From NCBI RefSeq assembly GCF_000016745.1, contig NC_009483.1:900001-932000 (forward strand): a stretch of DNA of 32,000 nucleotides. Direction: 5' to 3'. The notes beneath the pieces were generated by a model. That model made no database searches and was not told the origin of the DNA. It saw nothing but the letters and a program-made list of their open reading frames with translations. This document shows, one piece after another, positions 16,901 through 23,611 of this stretch (positions are counted from its first letter, which is position 1; each line of letters opens with the position of its first letter). Origin of the DNA: Geotalea uraniireducens Rf4 (lineage in GTDB: Bacteria; Desulfobacterota; Desulfuromonadia; Geobacterales; Geobacteraceae). Both the position numbers and the translations under genes were made by a program.

Positions 16901-19317
16901 GCGGGCAAATAACGGTGAAGACTCCCTCGCAGAGCGGCCCGGGGTGGAATGAGGTTGGCGCTCTGGCCTCCGTCGCCGGAACCGTTACCTACCCAACTCT
17001 GCTCTTGTCGCCGGATAACACCCCTTATGTGGTGTATATTGATAGCAGCAACGGCAAGGTCATGGTAATGCGTTACACGGCAGGCGCCTGGAGTCCGGTT
17101 ATAGGCGCCACCTCCGGCGGCAGCATAGGAACTGGCCAAAAGCCTTCCCTGGCTTTTGACAAGGATGGCATCGCTTACGTGGCATATTGGGATGTCGCTA
17201 CCTCTAAAATCGTCGTAAAAAAGGCGGCAACCGCTTCCGCAGCCGTGACCGGCAAGGCAGGCAACATCAGCACCTCCGGCGTCACGCTGAACGGCACGGT
17301 GAGCGCCAATGGCGCGGCCACCACGGTAAGTTTCGAATATGGCGCAACCACCACCTACGGCACCACCGTCTCAGCCACTCCAGGTTCGTTGTCGGCGAGC
17401 GACAGCGATGTGGCGGTATCCGCTCACATCACTGGCAGCTTCACCCCTGGCGCCACCTATCACTTCAGGGTCAAAGCGGTGAATCCCGACTTCGTAGATC
17501 CAATCACCGGCAGCGACCAGACGTTTACTGTGCCTAAGATCGACCAGGCCACCCTGAGCGTAACCGGCATCTCCGGCAGCGCCTATTATGGCCAGAGCGG
17601 CATCACCGCCGGTGTCTCCGGCGGCAACGGCAGCGGTGCAGTTACCTACAGCGCCGGTTCCTCCACCGCCTGTTCGGTAGACGCCACGTCCGGCGCAGTT
17701 TCCATAACCAGCGGCAGCGGCACCTGTGCCATCATTGCCACCAAAGCGGCCGACAGCACCTACAACGCGGCCACCAGCGCGGCGGCAACGCTTACGGTTA
17801 CCACCGCGAGCCAGTCCGCACTGAGCGTAACAGGCATTTCAGGTAGCGCCTACTACGGCCAGAGCGGCATAACCGCTGCGGCATTAGGCGGCCTCGGCAC
17901 CGGCGCAGTCAGCTACAGCGCCGGCTCCTCAACCGCTTGTACGGTAGACGCCACGTCCGGCGCAGTTTCCATAACCAGCGGTTCCGGCGCCTGTGCCATC
18001 ACCGCCACCAAGGCGGCTGACGGCAATTACAACGCGGCCACCAGCGCGGCGGCAACGCTTACGGTTACCAGGGCCACCGCCACCGTAACTCTGGGCAGCC
18101 TGACTGCCACCTACGACGGCACGGCAAAAAGCGCCAGCGCCACCACCACGCCGACCGGCAAAACCGTTACCTTCACCTATGACGGCAGCGCCACTGCACC
18201 GGCCAGCGCCGGAAGTTACGCGGTAATCGGCACGATCAGCGACAGCAACTATCAAGGTGCAGCTACCGGTACCTTGGTAATTGCCACCGCCACCGCGCCC
18301 ACCCTGAAAATCTTCGCCCTGGCAGACGGCAGCATCACTAATACCGCCACCCTCAACATCAGCGGTAGCGCCGCCGGTGCAAACGCTATCAAATCCATAA
18401 CGATCAACGGGGTGGCGGTGTCTCCCGCCGCTGATGGCAGCTTCTCGTATGCGGTTACGCTGCAATCGGGCAAAAACACCATTACCACCGTAGCCACCGA
18501 CAACGCTGATTTGACCGCAAGCGACAGCCGCAGCATCATCCTGGACACCACTGCTCCGGCGATCACCATCTCTTCGTTGGCCGATAACAGCGCCCTGGCG
18601 GCCGCCTCGGTTACGATAACCGGAACCGTGGACAAGACAGCAACGGTCCAGGCGACGGTCAACAACGGAACCGCCCAATCCGCCGCCATGACCGGTACCA
18701 GCTTCAGCGTTACCCTGAATCTGGAGGCAGGGAGCAACATCATTGAGGTCAAAGCTACCGACTTGTCTGGTAACAGCACCATGGTCAAGCGTACAGTGGT
18801 TTCCGACACCACCAGGCCGACCCTGGCGATCACCGACCCGGTTCAGGACATGACCACCAATCTGGCCTCCATGACAATCTCCGGCACGGTAACCGATGCC
18901 CTGACCGCCGTCAGCGTCACCATAACCTGCGACGGCAATAGCTACACCTCGCAGGTGGTAAACGGCGCATTCCAGCAGCAGATCAGCTTTACCACGGCAA
19001 AACAGTACGCCATAAGCGTAACCGCCACGGATCAGGCGGGCAACAACGTCACGGCGCAGCGAAACGTAATCTATGCACCGTCTACTCCTACGCCAACGCT
19101 TCCTTCCGGCGACATCAACGGTGACGGCAAGGTGGATATCAGCGACGCCTTATTGGCTTTGCAGATGGCCGTGGGTCTGGCAACCCCCAGCCCAGCCCAA
19201 CTGGCGGCCGGCGACGTTGCCCCGCTGGTGAACGACAAGCCGTCGTCTGATGGAGTTATCGACATCGCCGACGCCATGCTGATACTGGAAAAGGCGGTTG
19301 GGATGCTGACTTGGTAG
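13903..19317 (+). CDS. Giant exported surface protein: duplicated [Cys-pair domain, ~7-blade propeller-like repeat array, Fn3-like domain] module, Ig-like/MBG repeats, C-terminal dockerin
   Basis: RBS GGGAGAAAGGG at 13887-13897 and ATG at 13903; the ORF-track start at 13636 overlaps the regulator gene. Signal/anchor ...LRLLVWPIIALTLVFGQAFIVSPAMA. There are two arrays of ~48-aa repeats (S)LA.AP(D/N)G.PYVA(Y)..D.....(K)..V(K/M).(Y/F)NG..W..VG. Two VSFEYG...TYH(Y/F)R(I/V)K domains. Two 89-aa Ig-like repeats. One MBG/YDG domain (TATYDGTAK). Three ...G.FS..V.L..G.N.I...A.D.AGN...DTT.P domains. Dockerin GDINGDGKVDISDALLALQMAVGL...GDVAPL...DGVIDIADAMLILEKAVGM. Confidence 0.9.
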   Translation: MKKNQKRVFRRLQKFSTGQPAYLRLLVWPIIALTLVFGQAFIVSPAMALGGSYTPAVSAGNVSAGSATLTLKFTGDSSTLTGNFTLLAGNGASCGSSAQVIAGTDSADKAIGVAGSVVLRSGSVPNMSVATDYPYTVGNLSAATSYTACFTSSPGSTPASASFSTTAATPQVGAFMGTASDTAFTGIALPSVMAIAPDGAPYVAFGYLTSGGVAHKATVKRFNSQTKAWEPVGAAEFTVDAANSISLAFAPNGAAYLASSDDNTTNGTKVMSFNGATSTWEAVGATPVSAGSTGFNSLAFAPDGTPYVALVEFANGGQASGYVKVKRLNGSTWEDVGALPADYATYSSLAFTPNGGLYLAYVKTAHSGADWGTATVKFLANPADPGATWADINNDPSSSYIYGVSGLSLAIAPNGTPHVAFMDADTRYPIVMRYLNGAWIKVWNGSANITAGRAAGMGNLVIAPDGTPYLATADENTDRSQTPLFGFNGTDWIPFGSNSTIYNWGQTAQPTVAIAPNGIPYVLINDINTFNPMIMKANTDPILAGVTTGAASNITTTGATVAGTVNTTDGGTTTVSFEYGADTRYGSHTTPVTGQSAGASASASITGLFCGATYHYRIKGTSSRGPAYGSDNTFATLDCQPGPALTTPSASNITVGGGATLQFQASAVSTGYYTVMAGADVTCGTALQIRGGKDSNGNTAAISGSMALQANTPASIQLNSLTNAAYTVCFTAGTSSTLATVASFNLLTRPDFSWQPLGTAGAFSGDASYIKLAISPTDNTPYVVFQNNVPGDPDNGKAVVKSYNGTSWSTVGSGGFSTGDASFISMAIDSNGKPYVAYQDSGNSGKATVKSYNNGTWGEIGVTGGFSSGLAQYISMTFAPMGNVPYVAYADGSGSNNGSITMQENTTGSWSVDGTGTAISAANASSISLASDSYSQQYVAYIDGSDLNNKQVKVRYYYNDPAFPLWDNYPAVSSNSLTDLSNLSLAVASDCTLYVAYLDGGQITVKTPSQSGPGWNEVGALASVAGTVTYPTLLLSPDNTPYVVYIDSSNGKVMVMRYTAGAWSPVIGATSGGSIGTGQKPSLAFDKDGIAYVAYWDVATSKIVVKKAATASAAVTGKAGNISTSGVTLNGTVSANGAATTVSFEYGATTTYGTTVSATPGSLSASDSDVAVSAHITGSFTPGATYHFRVKAVNPDFVDPITGSDQTFTVPKIDQATLSVTGISGSAYYGQSGITAGVSGGNGSGAVTYSAGSSTACSVDATSGAVSITSGSGTCAIIATKAADSTYNAATSAAATLTVTTASQSALSVTGISGSAYYGQSGITAAALGGLGTGAVSYSAGSSTACTVDATSGAVSITSGSGACAITATKAADGNYNAATSAAATLTVTRATATVTLGSLTATYDGTAKSASATTTPTGKTVTFTYDGSATAPASAGSYAVIGTISDSNYQGAATGTLVIATATAPTLKIFALADGSITNTATLNISGSAAGANAIKSITINGVAVSPAADGSFSYAVTLQSGKNTITTVATDNADLTASDSRSIILDTTAPAITISSLADNSALAAASVTITGTVDKTATVQATVNNGTAQSAAMTGTSFSVTLNLEAGSNIIEVKATDLSGNSTMVKRTVVSDTTRPTLAITDPVQDMTTNLASMTISGTVTDALTAVSVTITCDGNSYTSQVVNGAFQQQISFTTAKQYAISVTATDQAGNNVTAQRNVIYAPSTPTPTLPSGDINGDGKVDISDALLALQMAVGLATPSPAQLAAGDVAPLVNDKPSSDGVIDIADAMLILEKAVGMLTW
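17554..18087 (+). repeat. Tandem duplication, 2 x 267 nt (89 aa Ig-like unit)
   Basis: LSVTGISGSAYYGQSGITA...AVSITSGSG.CAI.ATKAAD..YNAATSAAATLTVT occurs twice. Positions 17761-17803 are identical to 18028-18070. Confidence 0.85.
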
Positions 19318-19472
19318 TGATAGAGTCAATCAAATTGGCATTAATTGGGGCGCGGGCATCTTGCCTGTGTTTCAAGCGGAGTTTGAATAGGCAGGCTGGA
19401 AGCCTACCCTCCCAAAGTGTCATCTTGAAAGCAAAACAGGATACGAATCCAAAGAAAATACGAGGAGATAAC

Positions 19473-20630
19473 ATGAAGATATTTGCAACCATAGCATCGT
19501 CGCTGCTGTTAATGCTTGTCATCACCGCCTGTGGCGGCGGTTCCAGTCCCACTCCCGTCGCCGCCAACACCACCGTCTCCGGCATCGCCTCCAAGGGCCC
19601 GATCGTCAACGGCGTAGTCAAGATATATTCGGTCATAGACGGCGCCAAAAGCACACTGCTCGCCCAGACCACCACCGACGCCAACGGCAACTACACCGCC
19701 AATCTCGGCAGCTACGTGGGTCCGATCATAGTCGAGGCGAGCGGTTCCTACCTGGACGAGGCCACCGGTACAACCAAGACCATTCCAGCGGATTCTCCCA
19801 TTCACGCCGCGCTCCCCTTGGCGCAGGGCGCGGTCAACCTGCCGGTAACGGCCCTCACCGAACTTGCCTACCTCAAGACCGACGCTGACCTGACCGCATC
19901 GGCAATCAGCGCAGCCAACACCCTGGTTTCCGATCTCTTCAAGGTAGACATCATCGCCACCTCGCCGGTAGTACCAACAGCCGCTGTCCTTGCCACCGCC
20001 ACCCAGGCCCAGAAAGACTACACCCTGGCCCTGGCAACCGTATCCCAACTGGCCAGTACCGCAACCGGTACCAGCGACACCGACAAACTGAACAATGCCC
20101 TGACGACAATAGGGCAGGGCATATCACCCACCGGCATGACCACCGCCACTGTTAGCGCCATCCAGAGCGCCCTGACTACCTTCGTCAGCAACCCCAACAA
20201 CCAGACCGGCGTCAGCGACACCGCAACTACCAGCCTGATAAACGTCGGCACCCTTACAAAGAGATATAAACTGAGTCTCCAGGGGACCTTCACCCCAGGC
20301 AGCGTTACCGGCCTTCAGTTCGATCTGACGCTTCCGGCGGGAGTCACCCTCAACGTCAACAGTTCCACCTCGGCCGTCCTCTCCAGCAGCCTGACCCTTT
20401 CGGGTGATGTGCATTCCGGTGCCCTGCTGGCGGCCAATTACTCGTCCGGCAGCCTGACCGTCGGCATTATCACCACAAACGGGTTCAGCACCGGCGAGGT
20501 AGCCACGTTGACCTGCAATGTCCCTGCTGGAGCGAGCGCGCCCAGCGCCTCCTCATTCTCCGTCGCCAACATCAGGAGCATCGACAAGAACGGCGCCACG
20601 GTGTCTGGAACCACGATCACCATCAAGTAA
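19473..20630 (+). CDS. Lipoprotein (385 aa): N-terminal beta-rich domain, Ala/Thr-rich helical middle, cohesin-like C-terminal domain
   Basis: RBS GAGGAG at 19462-19467. Signal peptide with lipobox VITAC followed by GGGSS. C-terminus LQFDLTLPAGVTL....GSLTVGIITTNGFSTGEVATLTCNVPAGASAPSASSFSV...D.NGATVSG..ITIK parallels the C-terminus of the 9556 lipoprotein. Confidence 0.8.
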   Translation: MKIFATIASSLLLMLVITACGGGSSPTPVAANTTVSGIASKGPIVNGVVKIYSVIDGAKSTLLAQTTTDANGNYTANLGSYVGPIIVEASGSYLDEATGTTKTIPADSPIHAALPLAQGAVNLPVTALTELAYLKTDADLTASAISAANTLVSDLFKVDIIATSPVVPTAAVLATATQAQKDYTLALATVSQLASTATGTSDTDKLNNALTTIGQGISPTGMTTATVSAIQSALTTFVSNPNNQTGVSDTATTSLINVGTLTKRYKLSLQGTFTPGSVTGLQFDLTLPAGVTLNVNSSTSAVLSSSLTLSGDVHSGALLAANYSSGSLTVGIITTNGFSTGEVATLTCNVPAGASAPSASSFSVANIRSIDKNGATVSGTTITIK

Positions 20631-20643
20631 CGTAACACTGAGG

Positions 20644-20683
20644 GAAGGGGACCGGCTTTTTCAATAAAGGGCCGGTCCCCTTC
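20644..20683 (+). terminator. Strong stem-loop after the lipoprotein gene (probable terminator of the surface-protein operon)
   Basis: gaaggggaccggc (20644-20656) is perfectly complementary to gccggtccccttc (20671-20683), giving a 13-bp stem and a 14-nt loop. The tail tcattatc is only weakly U-rich. Confidence 0.55.
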
Positions 20684-20797
20684 TCATTATCATGGATCCG
20701 GCCTAAATAGTTGAGGCGCTTTCTTGGCGTCAAGCTACGAAACCCGCTGAGCAGTAAAACCCCCCACTTTCACCTCCCCGCAGCAAACCCCCATTTT

Positions 20798-20839
20798 TTG
20801 ACCCACGTCATAATCTTTTCCTCCCGGATGCCCTATGCT
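20798..20839 (+). promoter_or_regulatory. CRP/FNR-family type site (TTGAC-N4-GTCAT) in class II position relative to a TATGCT -10
   Basis: TTGACccacGTCAT at 20798-20811 (9/10 palindromic), centred at 20804.5. TATGCT at 20834-20839 places the site centre at about -41.5. RBS GGAGG at 20858-20862, ATG at 20868. Confidence 0.4.
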
Positions 20840-20867
20840 GACATCATCAACAAAGGGGGAGGAAGCA

Positions 20868-21083
20868 ATGGAATTCAATAACGACCTCGGCAACAAGGCA
20901 ATTCAGGAAGTGATCGGCGCATACCCGGAAATCGGCGGGATATTGAACCGTTTCGAGATCGGTTGCGTCACCTGCAAGGTGGGGATCTGCCTCTTGAAGG
21001 ATGTGGTCTCCATCCACGGCCTTTCAAAAGAGGACGAAGCGCGGATCGAGGCTGAAATCAACGCATATCTGGAAATGCGGTGA
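20868..21083 (+). CDS. Small DUF1858-like (ScdA_N-related, hybrid-cluster-protein-associated redox disulfide type) protein, 71 aa
   Basis: IQEVIGAYPEIGGILNRFEIGCVTCKVG.C...DVVSIHGLSKEDEARIEAEINAYL has the typical layout: helix, CxxC-containing turn, then HG(I/L)..E. Start chosen at the ATG with the GGAGG RBS rather than ORF-track position 20835. Confidence 0.7.
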   Translation: MEFNNDLGNKAIQEVIGAYPEIGGILNRFEIGCVTCKVGICLLKDVVSIHGLSKEDEARIEAEINAYLEMR

Positions 21084-21145
21084 ATGGTCGATGGTGGATG
21101 GTTGATGGTTAAAAATCAAAGGCATATATAAAAAGGAGAATCAAC

Positions 21146-21601
21146 ATGAGCAATTTGGGATGCGGCTGCCCCGGCAGCATGGCACGGGTAATCGAGAGAG
21201 AAGAGACAACAACTGCAACCACCTGCAGGGCGCAGTCAGAACTTCGGCAGTGGCCGGTGCAGCTCCACCTGGTCCCGCCGACCGCCCCGTATTTCAACCA
21301 GAGCGATATACTGATCTCGGCAGACTGCGTTGCCTTCGCCCTCGGGAGCTTCCACGGCGATCTGCTGCGAGGGAAGGCGCTGGCCATAGCCTGCCCGAAA
21401 CTGGACGATAGCGGCGTGTATGTGGAAAAACTGGCGACGATCTTCCGGGAAAACGAGGTGAAAAGCATAACCGTGGCGATCATGGAAGTCCCCTGCTGCC
21501 GCGGCCTGGATGTGATGGTCAGGCAGTCGCTCCAGCAGTCCGGCAAGGAGATCCCGCTTGAAACCGTCATCGTCGGGGTGAACGGCGAAAGGAGGAATTG
21601 A
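21146..21601 (+). CDS. Conserved Cys-rich protein, probable Fe-S/redox protein (function unknown)
   Basis: RBS AAGGAG at 21133-21138. Motifs GCGCPGS, LRQWPVQLHLVPP.APYF, ADCVAFA, ACPKLDD and MEVPCCRGL. From memory this family is often annotated as an iron-sulfur cluster-binding protein. Confidence 0.7.
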   Translation: MSNLGCGCPGSMARVIEREETTTATTCRAQSELRQWPVQLHLVPPTAPYFNQSDILISADCVAFALGSFHGDLLRGKALAIACPKLDDSGVYVEKLATIFRENEVKSITVAIMEVPCCRGLDVMVRQSLQQSGKEIPLETVIVGVNGERRN

Positions 21602-21603
21602 CC

Positions 21604-22161
21604 ATGAAAAGGGACATCACACAGACGCTCGTCCGCGAGCACCGGCTGATCCTCCGCATGCTGGCCGTTTTAGAGCGTAACGCTCTGGCCACCGGCGCAG
21701 GAACATACTCCAACTACCGCTTTTACCTGGACGGGGTCGATTTCATCAGAAATTATGCCGACCGCTTCCACCATGCCAAGGAAGAGGACGTGCTCTTCGA
21801 GGCGCTGGTGAAAAACGGCATGCCCAGGGAAAACAGCCCGGTGGCTGCCATGCTGATGGAACATGAGCAGGGGAGGGCCTACGTGAAGGCCATGGAACTG
21901 GCGGCGTTGCTTGCCCTGTCGGGTGAGCCGGGTCAGGATGGGACTATTGCGGAAAACGCCCTCGCTTACGTGGAGCTTTTGAAAGAGCATATCGCCAAGG
22001 AGGACGACATCCTCTATCCCTTGGCCGAGCGGCTCATACCCGATGCGGCTCGCGATGCCGTCATTGCCGGTTACGAGGCTGCCGAGGCCCGATCAACGGA
22101 CGGTTTTGAGAGAAGGTATGATAAGATTGTCGCTGATTATGAGCGTGAGGGGGCCTGTTAG
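21604..22161 (+). CDS. Hemerythrin HHE cation-binding domain protein
   Basis: RBS GGAGG at 21591-95, 8 nt before ATG 21604. Motifs [24 protein letters not shown] and [14 protein letters not shown]. The previous stop at 21599-21601 lies 2 nt before the ATG, so translational coupling is likely. Confidence 0.85.
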   Translation: MKRDITQTLVREHRLILRMLAVLERNALATGAGTYSNYRFYLDGVDFIRNYADRFHHAKEEDVLFEALVKNGMPRENSPVAAMLMEHEQGRAYVKAMELAALLALSGEPGQDGTIAENALAYVELLKEHIAKEDDILYPLAERLIPDAARDAVIAGYEAAEARSTDGFERRYDKIVADYEREGAC

Positions 22162-22577
22162 TGTAGTTCCTCTCCTGTCGTGGTCATCACCAGCTTCCCA
22201 TGTTTTACCCCTTTTACCCCGATCAGTTCATCGGCAATCTGCTTCACCTCACGGGCTTTGCCCCGCACAACCAGGACCTCCAGGCAGTTGTGGGCATCAA
22301 GGTGCACGTGAAGGGCAGAGATGATCTGGTCATGGTGAGTATGCTGATGCTCGGTCAGCTTGTCGGACAGGTCCCGCACGTGATGATTATAGACAAGGGT
22401 GACGGTGCCGACGGTCTCCTCTTCTCCCGCTTCCCATTTCAGTTCCACCAGCGATGCGCGGATCAGGTCCCGAATCGCCTCGGAGCGGTTCATGTACCCC
22501 TTCTGATCGATCAGCTTGTCGAAGCTCTCCAAAAGTGTCTCGTCGATTGATATGCCGAATCTAATGGTCTCTCCCAT
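22158..22577 (-). CDS. nikR: Nickel-responsive transcriptional regulator NikR
   Basis: N-terminal ribbon-helix-helix ([19 protein letters not shown]...[13 protein letters not shown]). C-terminal metal-binding domain with His/Cys ligand pattern (VYNHH...EHQHTHHD...HVHLD..NCLEV). RBS GAGGAG 6 nt before the ATG. Confidence 0.9.
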   Translation of the reverse strand: MGETIRFGISIDETLLESFDKLIDQKGYMNRSEAIRDLIRASLVELKWEAGEEETVGTVTLVYNHHVRDLSDKLTEHQHTHHDQIISALHVHLDAHNCLEVLVVRGKAREVKQIADELIGVKGVKHGKLVMTTTGEELH

Positions 22578-22596
22578 CTTTTGCTCCTCTGATCTT

Positions 22597-22628
22597 GAAT
22601 CATCAATTTGTCAAATATTAGATGATTC
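22597..22628. promoter_or_regulatory. Perfect 8-bp inverted repeat with 16-bp spacer just upstream of nikR (candidate NikR operator)
   Basis: GAATCATC (22597-22604), N16, GATGATTC (22621-22628), located 20-51 nt upstream of the nikR ATG. A TAATAT -10-like hexamer (minus strand) lies in the spacer. Confidence 0.45.
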
Positions 22629-22839
22629 GGGAGCAAAAACAAACATAAAATGTGTGAGGCACAAATCAGGACAGGTGCGGGATTGCCACTAACTCGACTA
22701 CAGCGGTTATCATCAACAGGTTCTGATATCGTTTCATGCCTACACCTCCTTTCCTGGCACAACATTCATCTCCTGCAATTCCCTGAGGTTGAAGCGGGCC
22801 AGGGAACTAAAGGAGCTTGACGTTCATCCATATCTGTGC

Positions 22840-23559
22840 CTACCGCAGTTGGAACTGTACCGGCATGACGATCTCTGCAGCCGCGGGTGGTCTCGGGAAG
22901 GGTGCAACGCTTTTGACCGTTTCCATGGCACTGTTATCCAGCGCAGGATAGCCACTGCTCTCTTTGACTTGAATAGAGCGGACGCTGCCGTCTTCAGCGA
23001 CTATGAACACAAGCACTACTCTGCCGCTCCACCCCATCCGTCTGGCTACCAGAGGATAAGAGAGCCGTTTTACGATCAGGTCGCGGATATAAGTAAAATG
23101 CTCATTGAGATATCTTTGCTGGGCCTTTTCAGGAGTCATCCCGCCACCACTTGTCTGTGCTGTCCGTGGCGCAGCAGCGACAACTGGTATCCCCTGGTTT
23201 GTGGAAACCTGCCTGGACACATTTTCCGTTACAGTTCTGCTAGCCAGAGGTGCAGATGGTGTCGGTGCTGCATTCTGGCTGACAACCGGGGTCGGCTGAG
23301 ACTCCGGTTGTGTCTGCGCCTGCTTTCGTGGTGTCGGCTGCGCTGCGACAGCCGGCAGCTTTTGGGGGGCAATCGGCTGTTTGGGAGCGGCAACCGGCGG
23401 CGTTGATTTTCCCCGGAGCTGCTCAGGACGCGGAGATGAGCCGAGGGTAAAATCAATGCTGACCGGCGGGGTGTGCTTGACTCTGTTTACAGTAAATTCC
23501 AGCATCAGTGCCAGCATCCCCAGATGCACGGCGAGAGAGGCCATACACCATTTAGCCAT
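22840..23559 (-). CDS. tonB: Energy transducer TonB
   Basis: N-terminal TM with SxxxH motif (MAKWCMASLAVHLGMLALML), a Pro/Gln/Ala-rich spacer, and a TonB C-terminal domain (YPLVARRMGWSGRVVLVFIVAEDGSV..IQVKESSGYPALDNSAMETVK...PFP). AAGGAG lies upstream. An alternative start is at 23595. The ORF-track start at 23850 overlaps the upstream gene. Confidence 0.85.
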   Translation of the reverse strand: MAKWCMASLAVHLGMLALMLEFTVNRVKHTPPVSIDFTLGSSPRPEQLRGKSTPPVAAPKQPIAPQKLPAVAAQPTPRKQAQTQPESQPTPVVSQNAAPTPSAPLASRTVTENVSRQVSTNQGIPVVAAAPRTAQTSGGGMTPEKAQQRYLNEHFTYIRDLIVKRLSYPLVARRMGWSGRVVLVFIVAEDGSVRSIQVKESSGYPALDNSAMETVKSVAPFPRPPAAAEIVMPVQFQLR

Positions 23560-23611
23560 ATGTGCATCACTCCTTGCTGTCTGTAGACGGGGCATACAAT
23601 AGGTTCTCCGA

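Noticed and set aside
19354-19405. Short palindromes GGCAtctTGCC and AGGCTggaAGCCT downstream of the 13903-19317 gene
   Set aside because: The stems are only 4-5 bp, too weak to call as structured elements. They may be degenerate copies of REP-type repeats, but I cannot support that from this window alone.
22605-22620. Perfect TTGACA (minus strand) inside the spacer of the nikR palindrome as a -35 box
   Set aside because: No acceptable -10 lies 16-19 nt downstream, where the sequence runs into the RBS. The TAATAT hexamer lies upstream of it, in the wrong order for a single promoter.
22789-23406. 205-aa + strand ORF opposite tonB
   Set aside because: It is antisense to a gene with clear TonB N-terminal, Pro-rich and C-terminal signatures. 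Its product is Cys/Arg-rich with no recognisable motifs.
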